This document shows positions 11,929-26,742 of a stretch of DNA of 61,601 nucleotides, piece by piece. Positions within the stretch are counted from its first letter, which is position 1. Every line of letters begins with the position of its first letter. Location: the NCBI RefSeq assembly GCF_006345805.1, contig NW_021833886.1, forward strand, positions 1 through 61,601, given 5' to 3'. The notes under the pieces were generated by a model, which was not told the origin of the DNA, made no database searches, and saw only the letters and a list, made by a program, of their open reading frames with translations. The position numbers and the translations under genes are program-made. Source of the DNA: Octopus sinensis (lineage: Eukaryota).

Positions 11929-12397
11929 TACTATTACTTTTTTTTATTAATGCGTCTACTTTCAGTTGATTTTCCTGTTCCTTGAACCACAACCAATCTC
12001 TTTAAAGGTCCCATTCATTTATCTCACAGGGTTTGATTCTTCTGTGGTCATTCTCAAGTTCGACTCGATGGCCTCACATGAAATGCTTTCTCCGTGATTC
12101 ATTTGTAAACCGAAACTTTTTCCATTCTTTTAAATTAATGCTCTACACGCATAGTCTACAATGTTTTTCGGATACCACAAATGAATACAAGCTTGTGTGG
12201 GTCCTTCGAGATTGATTGAATAGCAGTGATGTTCATAGAATTTCACACAACACCGTTTCATATTTGAACCAATGGTACGTAGTTGCCTTGGAATGTAGAT
12301 TACTCTCAGTTCACTAGCAAGCATGTCGAATTTGTAAGCTTTTCTGACAAAATTTTCATTAAAATGAATTTCTTAACCTTCACTCAATCAAACTATA

Positions 12398-12500
12398 TCT
12401 TAACCCTAACCCCTGCCATATCCTAACCTCAACCACTTACTAATCCAAACCATATACTAGTCCTAGCCACTTCCAAACTTTACTTCTAATTTTAACCGTA
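12398..12500 (-). repeat. Degenerate telomere-like tract (C-rich on plus)
   Basis: TTAACCCTAACCCCTGCCATATCCTAACCTCAACC... decaying CCCTAA-type units. Confidence 0.55.
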
Positions 12501-13224
12501 ATTCTATCTATTAAGCTGTATTAACATATCAGAGATTTAACCTCATTTTGTAGTTTATTTAATCATACAAATCAGTATAAACATATACATATTTTGTAAT
12601 TATTATTAAAAAAGTAAACACAACATGATAAGAAAATTAAAAAAAATTTTTAGCCCGAAATTATTTTGCGAGTCTATGTTTAGTCCAGGTGTAATCAGGT
12701 CTTGACAGTTGAAATTTATGTTATTATATATAAATAATGTTTGGGATAATTGAAAAATTTTAGTTGCACGTTTACAAAGTCAAAAAATGTAACAAGCTGC
12801 CCATGTCACATGAACACTTTTTTGCGGCTAGATAAATTCGAGTTTATAATTAACATTTTATCAAATAATTGTGTCAAAATAAAGCAAGCATTCTTATTTA
12901 CTAGTTACGTAGATAAAATTAGAGTTTCAAAGTACAATGTAACCGGTTGCCTATGCGTATTCGTCTGCCCATATTACATAATAAATTCTTGAAATAACTC
13001 AAAGCAGTGATTCCTTATTTCTTTGGTGAGTTATCAATTATTAATAAAGAAAAAATTAACAAAAAAAATTAAAAATGAAAGAGTCTTTTTTAACCGAGGC
13101 TTAAAATACATGCTATATCGTACGAGCAAAATTTACGACTAAATATGTAAACTTTTAAATAATTTTACATAAATCATATAATAAAAATAATAAAATTGAA
13201 AGTCTACTTAAGACCTAAAGAGCC

Positions 13225-13260
13225 AAAAAAAGCTTGCGAGCTTACTTTTGCAGACCCCTG
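13225..13260. mobile_element. Solo hAT right terminus
   Basis: ...GCTTGCGAGCTTACTTTTGCAGACCCCTG followed by ATCTAGGG (nnnTAnnn); partner end not found. Confidence 0.45.
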
Positions 13261-13328
13261 ATCTAGGGGATTTAATATTTTGTTTTGGTTGGGTTAACGA
13301 GACAAGCGAATGTTAATAAAAGTTAATA

Positions 13329-16300
13329 TTAGTCGGCCAATTGGCAAAATAGAGCTGCCCCTCGCTGTATCCAGTGACTGTCCTTTTGGTCAGTGGGGAG
13401 GTTGACTGCCACAATAAAGTTAGTAGAATGACCTATTGTTCTAGAATAAATATAAACCAGTAGTTGAGAGGACTCCTGACCTCTGCGTGGTTTTATAGAG
13501 AGGGGCTATGTAATCGTGGCTTGGAGGAGTGAAGTTCTGTGTGGGTAAGACGTGGATGACAGGCATAATGGAGGACATTTCCCTGTAGTTCATCTCGTCC
13601 ATTTGACCCTGGTCACTCCATCGGAAGCCTTGGGTGTAAAGTCCGTGAATGAGAGCGCCGTCTTCAATGTCTTGAATCTATGGAGTAGTGACTAAGACTA
13701 ACTTGAGTATCGACTGACAATGGTTGGCCAAATTTGCGCGAGTCCTGATCTCTTCTGCGAGGTTTGATTGGTGGATGTATTGGGGAAGAGGTTGGAAACT
13801 AAAGGAAAGAGTGTCATGGGGAGTTGATATTTGCGGGAATAGTTCTGTAACACGGCAGTGAGGAAGCCTGATAGAGTGAGTTGTGTCAACCTTGGGGGAA
13901 GAACAAGGCAGGTATCCAAAAAGATTTAGGAGTGCCATTTTTAATCCAAAAATTGAAGAATTCACATCGCATTGTAAGATCGAGAATCCAGGAGGAGAGA
14001 GAGTGAAGGGAAGGGTAAGCGACCCTCTCCCATATTGAGGGGACCTGTTTCATGAAGAATTGATAATTGCCTGGTTTTTCAATAGAGAATTGTAGCACAT
14101 TTCCAAGTCTTCAGTGAGGACTTGGAATCCTTGGATTGCTCTCTGCAAGTGATTGAGGGACTTCTGCAAATGATGAGATGATCAGACCTGAATAGTTTCC
14201 AGCAGATAGCCATTTTTTCTATTTCTTGTGATAAGAAAATGGCGAGGGAATTGCTCTTGGTCTATTGGATGAGTGGATTGGTCAACCAATGTGTTATTCT
14301 GCTAGTTTTAGGGGCAATTGTGTTGAATTGAGTTGATAATTCCTCTACGATCTCGTCACTAGTTTGCCCAGTTCCTTGACCGCGATGTGTGGTTTAATGT
14401 TCCTGATGGTCTCTAGCAAGTCGGAAGATTGTGACAACTATCGACTGAGAGTGGAAACATACTTGGAATGATATATCTGCATTTTCGTGCATCCCGAATA
14501 TATTAGGTGAATCTTGCAAAGGGAGTCCGTCTAGAAAATGTTTGTTCTCTTTAAAAATAGGGTCATATTGTCCATTAATGTTCGTATCTTCGAGAATTTG
14601 CTGGTTGATAAATCGGTCGAGAATAACTCCCAGACAGCGCAGATCCCATTGATCAGTGACTCTCCCCCCATAAGTAATCTAGTGATGAATACACGTGACT
14701 ACCTCTCTGTTTATGTAATTGAGGGAGTGCCAGGGAATAGTCCCGCCACTGCATAAGAACTTAGCGTTAAGAAGAGAACATTCGCGGTCAGAATCGGTGA
14801 ACTCGTACTATTTGTAAAGTAACAATAATCTTACCATTATATTCCATCCCAGTGGCCCGTATTTCTTCCGCTCTAATACGACCGCGTGAAACAGACTCAG
14901 ACTATAGACCAGTTTTTCCACACGTAAGCTCTCCAATACCTCCTTCTTTCTCCTCGAAATATTCCTCGCCTAATTCCCGGAATGACCTCTCCACGTTGCC
15001 CGAATTCCCTTTGGGGCCTCATTTGTCACTTTGACACAATTCTGGAGGACTGTCACGGGAAAAAATGGGGCTGGCATGGAGGAAAGAATAGTCGGAACGA
15101 GTCATTTACACCTTCGGGGTTTTCCTGAATATTCAGGACAATCTGCTCCAGGCGGGCCATCCACGATTTTGCCAAATGACAATTTTGCAGAAAAACCCAA
15201 CTCCCATCCTTCAAGGCTGTTTCGATATACTTTTCTGCCACAGGTCCCTGTCCTTGTCCCAAAGACAAAAAGAGACACCTACCATTTTAATGAGGAGGTG
15301 GAGACCTGTCCTGCATTTCATATTCAACGCTCAGCTTTTGAATGGCCCCGAATGGGTCTGAGCCAGTGCTGAGTACCAAGAGGAGAGGAGTCGTTTTGGA
15401 GGTGTGTTGATAAACCGAGGACATGTCGAGTGGTCTGCTTTGGATGTACTCGTGTCCCAAGTTGTCTCTGATTAAGTTGGAAATCGCGTGACTCAGCTAA
15501 ATCAGTCGGCTGGAAATAGAGTACTTGATCACGTCGGCAGACTTTTACGAGCAGGATTTTTTGGAAAGGTGTAACGGACTCCACATGGAATTCATCAAGT
15601 TGATGGTCTGTCAGGAATATCTGCCATCGGGAATAAAATAGACCTTTGAGTCTCCACTGGTCACATATGCACGTGTTTGGGCAAAGCAATTGGCAAGATC
15701 CTCGGAAATGATCGACTCAATGTCTCCTCGAATGAACAAATCGAGTTCGTGGGATGTGAGGTCATTGCGGGCAAGCATTATTTCGGCGCATAACAGAAAA
15801 GAAAAAAACAAGTTTATGTTTCTCAAACAGTCCCTGACTTTAAAAATAAGAAATACCGAGAAACGTGCAAATAGGCGTCGATGGATATTGCTTGGACAAG
15901 ACAGTCCAGTCTGGTGTCCCCCGACTCGACACAGTCCAGAATGGATTGGGAGAAAATCTATTTGTGGTTAATGAAAGCATTTGAAGCCTGTTTGAAGTAT
16001 TGGAGGGAGAACTGGTACATTGGGTCTACTTTGGCCATGTCCGCGATGACAAAATACAGAATTGCGCCTCGCTCAGCAACACTTATGTAAACGTCCCGTG
16101 CCCGAGTAATCTCTTTTTCGGTTATTTCCGTCTGGGCAAGACGAGAGGAGATTTGGCTGAATTGGCCTGAGTAAGAAAATTGAACAACTTTGGATTCGTT
16201 GAGAGCAGTGATGAGTTGAGTATTATCGAGGACATTTCCTTCTGAGTCGTACAAAGGACGAGGACTCGGTCGATGATTGCCTTAAGTTGATTTCTGTCAT

Positions 16301-19300
16301 TGTTTATTTGAAGGATCAATTCATTCCGGTCTTGTTCTAGTTTTGGCTTCTCGAGTTGGACGACATGACTATCATTTATCATTGGTCTCTTGCCTCAGCA
16401 GTTGATCTTGGAGTCCCCCCAGTGTGACTGTAAAATTGATTACTGTCACTCGTGTGAATAGGTTGGGCTGGTAAACGGGATTGTTCAATTTTGTGGTCAT
16501 GTAAAGTCGGAAATGAGGGTCGTATTCCACATCTCGGTCCCCCAGTGTGATCACCCCGTCCTATCAATTAAATTTATCGCTCACTCTCTTCTCGAGGACT
16601 GAGTAAAGAAGAGGGTCCACTGACTCTCCCACATCCTCGATCAACAAAGGCACCCCAATTCGAATTGCGTTCTCTAATGTCCTCGCAAAATGCTTGTCCG
16701 TCATTTAATAACTTTAAGGTCATTGGCAGCCTCCATGCTTCTTATCCACGTGTTGGCCTGTTCTTAAAACAAAGAAGGAGACCTGTCCTTGTGGGTCAAT
16801 CATGAGTGGCCATCGTTTCCCTTTGTGGCGAGGAGTGCGTTCTGAATGGAGACTTGATTGTTGGGAAGTTTGTTGGACGTCCAGTGGCGCACTTGATAGG
16901 GTGAGGCAAATATTTGTATTATGTCATAGTCCTCTGATATTGGTATTCCCTCTCTACGCGCATACTTGACCCATTTCGATATTAGTCTCTCTCGGTAACC
17001 AACACTGAATGCACCCACATACGTCACCCAAGCAGAACACACCATTACATTCCCAACGAGGTCCTCAATCTTTTTTTCCAGTGTCTAAAATTTGACGTTC
17101 TCTACCAAACTTTTATTTCGGCCTCCCAGATTTCTTTCTCGTCGCCCAGAGCCTCCATTAGCTTGGAAGCGCGTCTCAGTCGACCGGTCGTGGTTGAAAT
17201 CTGTTTTTCCAAATTTCTCTTTTCAAGGACACTGGCCTCATAGGCATTTTGTAATTCGCTGATTTGTTGTTGGACGTTGCTGAGTTGGGTCTGCTTGGTG
17301 TGGAGAACCGTCATGACTTGCTTCAAGTCTTTTTCGGCCACAGCAAGTCTTGTGTGTTTCAACTAATGTACCTTTCCTTTTTGGGCCGGACAGTTTTGTT
17401 TACTTGGGCAAACAAATAAATAGCCCTAACCCACATGCATAAAGATTTACAGGCCTAAACCATAAAAAGTGACTTTACTTTTGACACTTTTTCAATCACT
17501 TGAGGAGTAAAGTTCTCATTCTCGATGTATTTCTTGAGTTTCCGAAGCACTGAATCGTTTATGTTCTCTTTATCGTAGTCGTATAGTTTTCTGATCAAGT
17601 TAGTGTCCGACAGCAGTTGCTTTGCGGACGCCCAGTCGGTTCTAAATCAAAGATTCGAAAAGACTTTAAGTGAAAGAGGACACACACAGCTTCCATGACA
17701 GTCTGCACTAATTCGGGTGGGGTTTTGAATACTCTGATTTCTGCAATGTCACTTTTATCGAGTGCGTCGAGGGACTATTTCTCATCATAACAAATTACTT
17801 TAATGGCAGCCTCCAGTTCAGGCAGAGCCTCCTTCAGGTCACGTTGAGCATCCTCCGCTATGGCCTTGGTTTCTTCCGCCTTTACCTTCACCACAGCCTC
17901 GTCCTCTAGCACCAGTTTCCGTGTCTAAGCGTTACTTTCAGATCCTCACAATATCTGCTTTGTCCTGGTCTTCCGACAATTTTTCCATTAACTTTTCAGT
18001 TTCCTTTGACTTTTCTTTAAGCACAGGCTCCAGTTGATGGAGTTGTTTTTCCATTGAAATGACGATTTGGTTAGTTTCTATCAGTTTGGCCAACCCGTTT
18101 TTAATCTTTTGATGTTCCCGAGAGAGGTCCCTTGAAATAATGAAATGCAATTACTCTTTGGTCGTGCTAAGCATAGATGTAAACAAGTTGAGTAATTCGA
18201 TATAACTGACTGGATTGAGGCAATAATGTCTTCCCATTTCTTCTTCAAATTTGACTGACATTTTGTAGACACTGCGATGCACTCGAATGCAGCAATCGCA
18301 CAATTTTCCCTAGACTGTGCTTATTAACACAACCATTAAAGTTTCGTCTTTCAATTCTATTTTACTGATAAATGAGTGTGCCACTGAGTGCAGTCCCTCA
18401 TCTTTCCATTCTTCAAACCAGTCAATAATGCAGCAGTTCACTAAAGATGGAAACATCCTGTAAACAGTCCGAAATTCAGACGCACTCAGTGTAATGACAA
18501 CGTGCAAATTCCGCCTGAGTAGTGACTATCACATTACTACCGCACACGATCGATGAACGACTCATAGACCGCCTCACGACTGTCAGTCAATCCCTCAGAT
18601 TGACAGCTCATTATAATTTGTTCCACATCCTCGTCCTCAAATAAGTCGGGCACATGGCCGGAATTCAGAATGTCGTTTATTTCTTGAAGAAAGTCTTTAA
18701 TTTGATTATCTGCGAGCAGAAAGACGACATTCCGGTCATCAATTCCCGCTATTTTGTAAAGTTTTTTGACGTCTTCTCTGAAGGCTGTGGAGTCGTATTT
18801 GGGAGTGACTTTGATCTCAAAGCACTCATATTCGTAAATTTGTGCGGCCAGTCTGAAATGACTGATCAGTTTGACCTGGTGAAACATTTCTTGCCCGTTC
18901 CCCCAACTCCCACGAGGAGTCCATTCCCCCGTTCTTGGCGAATTATGCGGGCGATTCGTGAAACATGCTGAATAGCGTCTTCAAACAAGATCAAGTCACT
19001 TTGATACTGACAGTAGAGAGAACTCTCGTTAACCTCAGTGAGCATTCTTCTCAGCTTGTTTTTGTCCATTTCCTCGTACTTTCCCCTGTTCATCAAATCA
19101 CCGTAAATTGGAGGGTTGGTCATGAAAGACTACAAATGAATGAGCCAAACACTTCGTAAGTGGAAGAGGTCTGTCGCAAAATAGTTTGAAACAAATTTTG
19201 GTCAGTTTGATCGATGAGGCGGTCTTGAAATGCCCTGGTGATTTCATGATAGAACAGTTTGTAAAGTGATTGGTCGTCGAAGATGGTCTTGACTTGCATG

Positions 19301-22300
19301 ATTCCTGAAACACGTGCAAACTCTTACCTTGGAAACATCTTGCCAAGTCTCTCAGATTGAACGAGTAGTGACACTTAGAGGGGGTCGGGAGCAACTCGTT
19401 CTGCATTCTCTGGTAAATTTCGACGGAGGCCAAAATCACCGAGTCGACTGCCAGTCTGACTTGGTGGGGAAATTCCATAACTTGCAAAATGTTCTGAAGT
19501 ATACTCATCCAGACCACCTGGAAAATATGTTTGAGGTTGTGATCTGAGGGAGGGGGGACATTAAGGATGGAAAAATGCCGAGTGAAGCGATTGGTCATGC
19601 ACCCTTGAGGTCCACAGGCGGCCATCAATGTCACGTCCTAGAAATATTACAATCCCTCAACTGTGATCCATCGCCAGCTCAGTGATTGCCGATCATATAG
19701 TCCTCTCATGTCCTGCAACTGCCTCAACAATTCGATTGGAGGCTGGCACCCATAAAGGTCGGGTTTAGGCATGTTTACGTCATCAAGGAAGACCACCATA
19801 TGCTTCCCTTTCGAAGGCCCTGGAAAATATGCTCAATTAGTCACCTAAGATGTTGCGACGGTGTTTTTCAAGTTTAGCTTCAATCATTTGCTGAATGCTG
19901 GCACTGCTCGTTTGCGCCGAAAAATTGAGGGAGAGAGGCAAGACATTTGACTGAGTCCTCAATTGGTGCAATGTGTTCCGTGCAATTACAGACTGGGACA
20001 TCCATGACTTGGTACCTTGCCAACTCCACTTTTCCCCACAAACATGACGGGCATTTGGACTGTGATCAACTTATCAGCCAAAAAGCCGTATTTGACAGTA
20101 TCACTGTTTGGGACAATCATATCGAAGAACCCACTGCCCGAATGGAAGGGGGGAATGGCTCGTTCCCAATGCTCCATTTTTCTTGTCTCCGTGTCCACGT
20201 AGTAACTCCAGAGATCACCTTGGCCGGGAATCTGTTGATTGACAGGAGCTACCCTGACGTCGCCGTTCTCTTCAAAGAGTTGTTTAATGAACGTATCAAA
20301 CACATCCCAGTCAGACTCGACTAAATTCCCTCCGATAGCCCACAAGTAGCAAAAAACGAAAATTGTAGAAATAACGGTTCGAGAAGGCTCTTTGAGGGGG
20401 AAGAGAATAGACTCGATGAGTTTGCAGAGAGTAGTAACCTTGGCCAAATCACACTACAAATTCTCGACACGTGCAACCTGCCGAATGACCTGGGTGGTCT
20501 TGGTGGACACAAAATGAAGACCCTCGTCTACATATTTCGTAAATAGTTCGAGAATGTGGTTGAAAGTGGTCTCACTTAGTTTGTTCTTGTGCGACTTCAG
20601 CCATCTTTGCACCCACGGAAGCCATCCGAGATCTTGTGAATCAACGTAGAGCATTCCACATCTATTTGTCCAAAAAAATTGTCTACCGACTGACAGTTGC
20701 AGGCGAGGCGACGGACAGGTCCTCGACTTCGAAAAGCATACGAATGTTTGGAGTGAGTTTAATACGCTCACTGTTGGGCAGACAAAGCATTTTATTGTCG
20801 TCAAGTACAGTGTTCATGTTCTCGATCCACGAAGCATCCACAGGTCCGTCGCAGATGACCCAGTGGGGGTTGTTGGCCTGTATTTAATGGCAATGACTTA
20901 CAGAAACGGCTTTTCTTATTGTCAGGGCCATCAGTCCGTCTTTCCATTCCAAAGTCTGTTTGTTCACGCCGCCGTAGAGTTCTTGCATTGAAATGGCTTT
21001 CGGGTTGATCACACAAGTCTCCACTGATCCCACGTGTCCCTCAACTTGTGCCAACGTCTACTCAATGTGACATGTCATTCACTTGGTACAACGTCGTCTT
21101 GCCACCACCGGTGGGTCCCACCAGCATTACTCCGTGCCTTACCAACATTGTCTCGTACAATTGGACAATTTGCTTGGACTGTGCCTTCACAACACTCAAG
21201 TTGTTTTTCTGACAGATATTCCCAATTTCCCGACTGAACTCTTCGTAGTCGTTTTCACCAACAGTGATTCCTGGAAACAAGTCAAGGACAATGTCCTGGG
21301 GGTTAGTTAAACATTCCACCAGAAACAAATCCGCGTCTCGTCTCAGAAATTTGGGGAGATTGGCCCCTCGGATTGCCCTGATCAAAACGATGCTTTCATC
21401 CTCGTCTGGATTTTGTTGTTTTTGCGAACCGGCCATGACCAAGACTGATTTGAGGGCTCTCATGCCGAAATCGTAGTGATCCTGCTGGGAGAGTTGCTCC
21501 GAACAGAGTTTGTAAAGTTGGACAACTTTGTTGGAAAGGTATTTAGAGGTTTGGAAGCCTTGCGAGTAGAGAATGACCTCTGCAATGAGTTCTAATATAA
21601 TAAAGTAATTTGGAGGACTGTAATCGGGGACCATCATAGAGAAGGGACGGAAAAGTGCTTTCAAGTTGTCAGGCAATTCTGTACGACCAGCATAGGAAGG
21701 ATTCATAGTTATAAAAGTAGCACAAGTTGGGACAAGTTGAACATTTTTTCCTTCAAAGTTGAATGTGGTTAGTTTAGCTGCTTTTGCGTTGCGTATTGTG
21801 ATGAGTTGTTGGGCAATGACTGAGAGGACTTGAATATCAATTCGATTGAACTCGTCGAAACAGCACCACGAACCAGACTGGACAAGACCAGTGAAAAACC
21901 GTCCCATGGTCTACATAAATTGATGAATTCAACTTGATAGTCCAATCCGTCCGAACAATTGAACACAACACAATGCTTTCCCAGTGTCTTGGCCAGGTCT
22001 TTGGTGGTTTCGGTCTTTCCGGTGCCAGCAGGACCAGCTGGTGCCCCGCCAAGGTCGAACTGGAGTGCGCCCATCAAACAAATGTAACAACGGTCCTGAA
22101 TACAGAAGAGAACATACAGTAAGGGGGGTGATCACCAGTCGGGAGGACGCTCCCACATATTCGTAGCCGTATTTATATTCGGAAATAGACATTCGCACAA
22201 CACAGTCCTCGGCCTCCCAGTAATACCGCAGCTGTTTTACCCATGCAAAATCTCCAATGTCAGTGACCTATTTTTACTTGAATATGTTTTACTCTGTCTG

Positions 22301-25300
22301 CAACAAGTTGACTAACTATGTCTCGGCAGTGGACATTGATTGTTATAAGTGTGCAGAGAATTTGCTGAAAAAGCTCTGAGTTGGGCTGTCGCACTTGATC
22401 AGCCAAATAATTCAATCGGGCTACGCTCGTTTGCTCAAAATCAGACATTTGTGACCCATTGGATAATATTTGAGAGATGGTCTCACACCAGCATATTTGG
22501 GACACTGTCAAGACCACCTGCGAGGGCCACGTCTTGACCCACTCCTCAAAGGGTTTTTTGCTGAGGAGTGCCTTCTTGGTGTGATTACGCACACTAATGA
22601 GCATGGCCTCTTCTACATTGGACAGCCAATCTTCCACGTTTCCACGAGCACGGAGACCCTGTTTGGTCAATTTATGTGACACGAACTTTTCTTAACTTGA
22701 CCTTTTCGCCTTCGGGAGATATCATGGCAAGTATGTTAGGAGTGCTTGGTTCGAATTCGAGAGACTTTATTGCGTCGAAACATTTATTCAGATGTGGCTG
22801 CACTGCCATGGGGTTTCGAGTCTGAGCCAAAATGTCCAAAAGTTGATCGTTGGAAAGAAAATAGAACCGCGGAAAAGCCTCTCTTTTTGTTTCCAAGTAC
22901 TTTTCGAGACATTTGAGAATTTGTTGAAGCATTTGATTGTTGTTGGTGAAAGTATCAACCAGTCCTGCTTGTTCGAGGGAATATGGTACCTGCCTGAGTG
23001 CATGCTCGAATTGCCAGAGGCACACGATGAGTCTTCCTCATTATTTCCTTGAACGACTTGTCCACTTTGGAAAAGAGTTTGGACTCCTCGGGAAGCTGTC
23101 GTTGTATCTCAGGGGCAGAAAAGATGGATTCCAAGTACATCCAAGACTTTTGGCATTCGAGCCACTCGTTCTGATCTCCATAATCACTCCACTTACCAGC
23201 GTGGCCTCAAAAACTTGGAATTGTTTTTTTAGTTCTTCTACTCTCGAACTGATCGGGCCCACATTTCTCGAGGAAAGGATACTGGAGACACCCACAATCG
23301 AATCATCCAAGAGTTGCTCAATGTCCTCAGTTCCTCCAAGCACATAAACGTCTCTTTGCTCTTTGTAGACAGGGACGTGGAACTCGGTATGCTTCCACGA
23401 GTCCTCGATCTACGATTTTGGGAGTTGAATACTTTTTTGAACATTGACTCGAGTGCGGCTTCGGATGAAGCCTTGGTGGATATTTCCTTAATTTGCTGGT
23501 CGTATTCAAAGGCATTGCATTGCTCTAGACTGCTGATAGTCATGGATTCAATGTTTATAATTTCATTGATCACGGCCCAGTGCCGTGCTTTCAAGGCCGG
23601 GTTTTTCAGGTTCATCAAAACAGGAATTTTGTACTTAATATAATTCACCTGCTAATACATAAAACTTCATACCCGTTCTTTCAACTGGCTGGTCATTAAA
23701 TTCGGGGACAGTCCTTTGTCCAGTTTTTGCACAATCTTCCAATACTTACCCGTGATCGAGTCAAGTTGGTCTAAGTCGCACTGCTTTAGGTCGACCTACC
23801 ACTGTTTATCATCAACAAACGTCAATCCATGACTGCACCAGGGTTTCCCATTCGTCTATCGAATTCCACAGAATCGTCTTGAGCGAAATTTCCTCTTGTA
23901 CGTCTTCCAACTCCTCATATGTGGTGACCTCCAGTTGGAAACGCAGTTGGTGACTCCTGTACAATTCAGTCTTTTCTTTCAGTTCCTCCACACGTGCACC
24001 GTGGATTCCCAAACAACTCAGGATCTCTTCCTTATTTCCCGCCGGGTCAAGATTGGATGGATTCTGGAATTAGATATCGACCTACTTGGACACTTTTCTT
24101 GATTTCCTTGATTTCTTTGAATAATTCACATGTGTCCTTGTCCAGTGAGAGACACAGTTTCCGAATCGTGTCTTGTCGCTCAGCGGACACTTTATCGATG
24201 CTGTTACGCACATTATTTATTGTGGGAGTCACAGTCTGAGTCGCTCTTACTCACAAACCTGGTAGATCACGTCGTCTTCAGGGGGCGAGGGGACACTGAA
24301 CTTGGAAATGAGTTCGTACATGTCCCTGATGATGTCAATTTCACTTTCCACAAAATCAATCTACGCTTCAAAATGGTCTACAAACTCGTTCTTGTATCTC
24401 GTCCAAGAAGAGCAGACTTTGCACAATTTCAGGTGTATCGCTCGGTCGCATATCCAGACGGAATTGGGCGTCATTGAGACCACTGAGCACTTTGTCGACC
24501 ATCTGGCGTGCCTGGTTGGGAAGAACGTCGTGGATGTACTATACGTGCTTTAAGGGTCGTACTTGAATGCACCGATTGGGAGAGGGACATAACTTTTGTT
24601 TAAATTCACGAGCATCCACAAGAAGCAAACCGATAGCACGTTTCTCGACAATACTGATGGCCATTCGGCTTTCAATGTGATGCTTTTCCAATGAAGAAGC
24701 CAAGAACTGAACATGTTTGTTAAGAAACGAGTCAATTCCGAGGGCCTCGTCCATGTTGTAGAACTCAAGGTAACTGGAAAAAGTTTGCGCGTATTTATTG
24801 GCTGCTGAGAAGGCCTTTCCAATGCAGTCCTGCAATACGAGCACGGAAATACCTGTACATCTTTTCTGACTGCTTGCAAGTGTGTATCGTCTTCGAAGAT
24901 AGCCTTCAAGTTTGGTCCCGTCCCACTCGTCCTCTCCTCAAATTTATTGTTGATGAAAGGTCTTTTGTTGGTGTGAAGAATTACTTTGTGAATGGGTGAA
25001 AATGAGGGTCAGGTAAGAGATTTTCTACTGCAATCATCGTTTTTGTAAAGTTGTTTCCTATTTCTTCCAATGCAGTCTCAAACGTCTCCAGATTGGGCGA
25101 GAATTCAATTTGTCCGTTTTCGAGCAGCATTTCCACCAGGAAAGAGGGACAGGACTCAATTACTTGGTCAAATGGTTTCTAGCATTGTCATTCCAAGGTA
25201 CCTTTGCTTGCCTTATATTGACTTGGATTCCTGCCTCTTTCAGGCTGAAATATTCTTCCAAGTCCCCACTCACGTCTTGCTTAGTCCGAGTAAAACTGGA

Positions 25301-26637
25301 AATGATATTGTCGGAAGGAGTGAGGTTTATTTGGTTGGATAAATAATTTTTGATGGTCTCGATCGAGCGGACCGTGAGAGTGTGAAGTGCATTTGTGATC
25401 AAATAGTCCGACAAACAGACGAAACTACATTCTATTAGTTCACCTAACCATGTCAGTCGCCTGCATTCCTCTCTCTTGGCAGCCTGTTCCGTATAACTTA
25501 AATTCTCACAGGCTTCTGCGAATTCAGCCATTTCCTCTTCCTCAGAGTCACCTACTTGTGTTATCATTGCGAGGACTGTCGTAGATTTCACGGAATGGAT
25601 AGTCGTCGGGGTTGAAACCCTTCTCGAGCAGGGCAGTTCGACAGGCACATTTGATCACGTCAATCACAATGCTTCGGAATTCCTTTAGTTTCTCCTGCAT
25701 TTGGGCAGTCGACGAAGCGTGGTCTTGCACAAACTTGTCCAGACTCACTGTTTGGTCGTATGCCAAGTTAGTCAACGTCAGATCACAGATTCGGTAGCTC
25801 ATTCCTCGAAGACTCAAAAGGGCGGACCGGAGAGGCTTGATATAAACACTGAAATCTACCGGATTGACCAAGAAAAGAGAGTTTTCTATTTGTTTTTTAG
25901 CACTTTTAATCTTTTCGCAGCGAATAGTCCAACGCCAGACCATGAATGCCTTCCATCGCTTAAATTGTTGAAAGGTAGGGATCTGATGGACTCGTTTTAA
26001 TGTACTTTGTGGATAGCACGGAAATGTTTATATTCTTGTTCAAACACATGAAGGTGAGTAAAGTCAACTTCGTCGCCCTGTCTTGTTCGAGTGAAGCCTA
26101 CTCCACTCATTGTGCAGTAATCCGTCTTTGAAATCTCCTGATAGTTAGTCACCCTAAAATCGACTGATTCCACTCACTTGAGGTTATAATAGTGATACTC
26201 CACACTCGACTTGCTTACTGCTGGGACCAAATAGAAGAACCCCACCCACGGGTTCTCACGAATTACCCCAATCGTCTCCAGCAAATTTCTATTTCCCCAG
26301 TATTCGTCCATAAACTTCAGTTGTGTCTCGATCTTGTTTCGAGGCAAACAAGCCAGTTCTTTCGGTAGCGACACCTCGTACTTGGCCAACACAGCCTACA
26401 GTAATCATATTGCTTTACCTTTCGCAATTGTATGTTGTCCAGAGATACCTTTTTCACTTTCGCCTTAGTTTTCACCTCCACTTGTCTTTTCTCCCGAATG
26501 TAAGACGGTTCTTTCTGCACTCTTCCCAAGAATGGCTAGACTTTTTATTTTTTACTCCAACCAGTGGCTCTAGCTGGGGCAGTTTGGGGCATCCCCCTCT
26601 CGTTGTCCCACGTACTTTCACCCACGGCAGTTCGCAT
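13329..26637 (-). CDS. DNAH6: Axonemal dynein heavy chain 6 ortholog, many 22-30 nt introns (start codon approximate)
   Basis: N-terminal [29 protein letters not shown] and [14 protein letters not shown] resemble DNAH6; AAA1 [42 protein letters not shown]; AAA2 [15 protein letters not shown]; AAA4 [13 protein letters not shown]; AAA6 LGQGQGP...[14 protein letters not shown]; C-terminus [15 protein letters not shown] (stop 13329-13331). Frames I traced are restored by GT-AG introns, e.g. 21911-21933, 22096-22117, 23171-23196. Confidence 0.93.
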
Positions 26638-26742
26638 GAATCGTTTTTTTCTAATTGTCACTAATCTTAGAAAGCTTACTTCTCATTCTGTAGCTTGGTT
26701 ACAATACATGAATAACATTTCAATTTTTTTAGTTATTTAGAG

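Noticed and set aside
12130-12324. Short Cys/His-rich ORF
   Set aside because: No recognisable family, no splice-supported extension; probably decayed TE sequence.
13329-26637. DNAH6 as a fragmented pseudogene
   Set aside because: Every break I traced is resolved by a 22-28-nt GT-AG intron that restores conserved motifs; not all junctions were checked.
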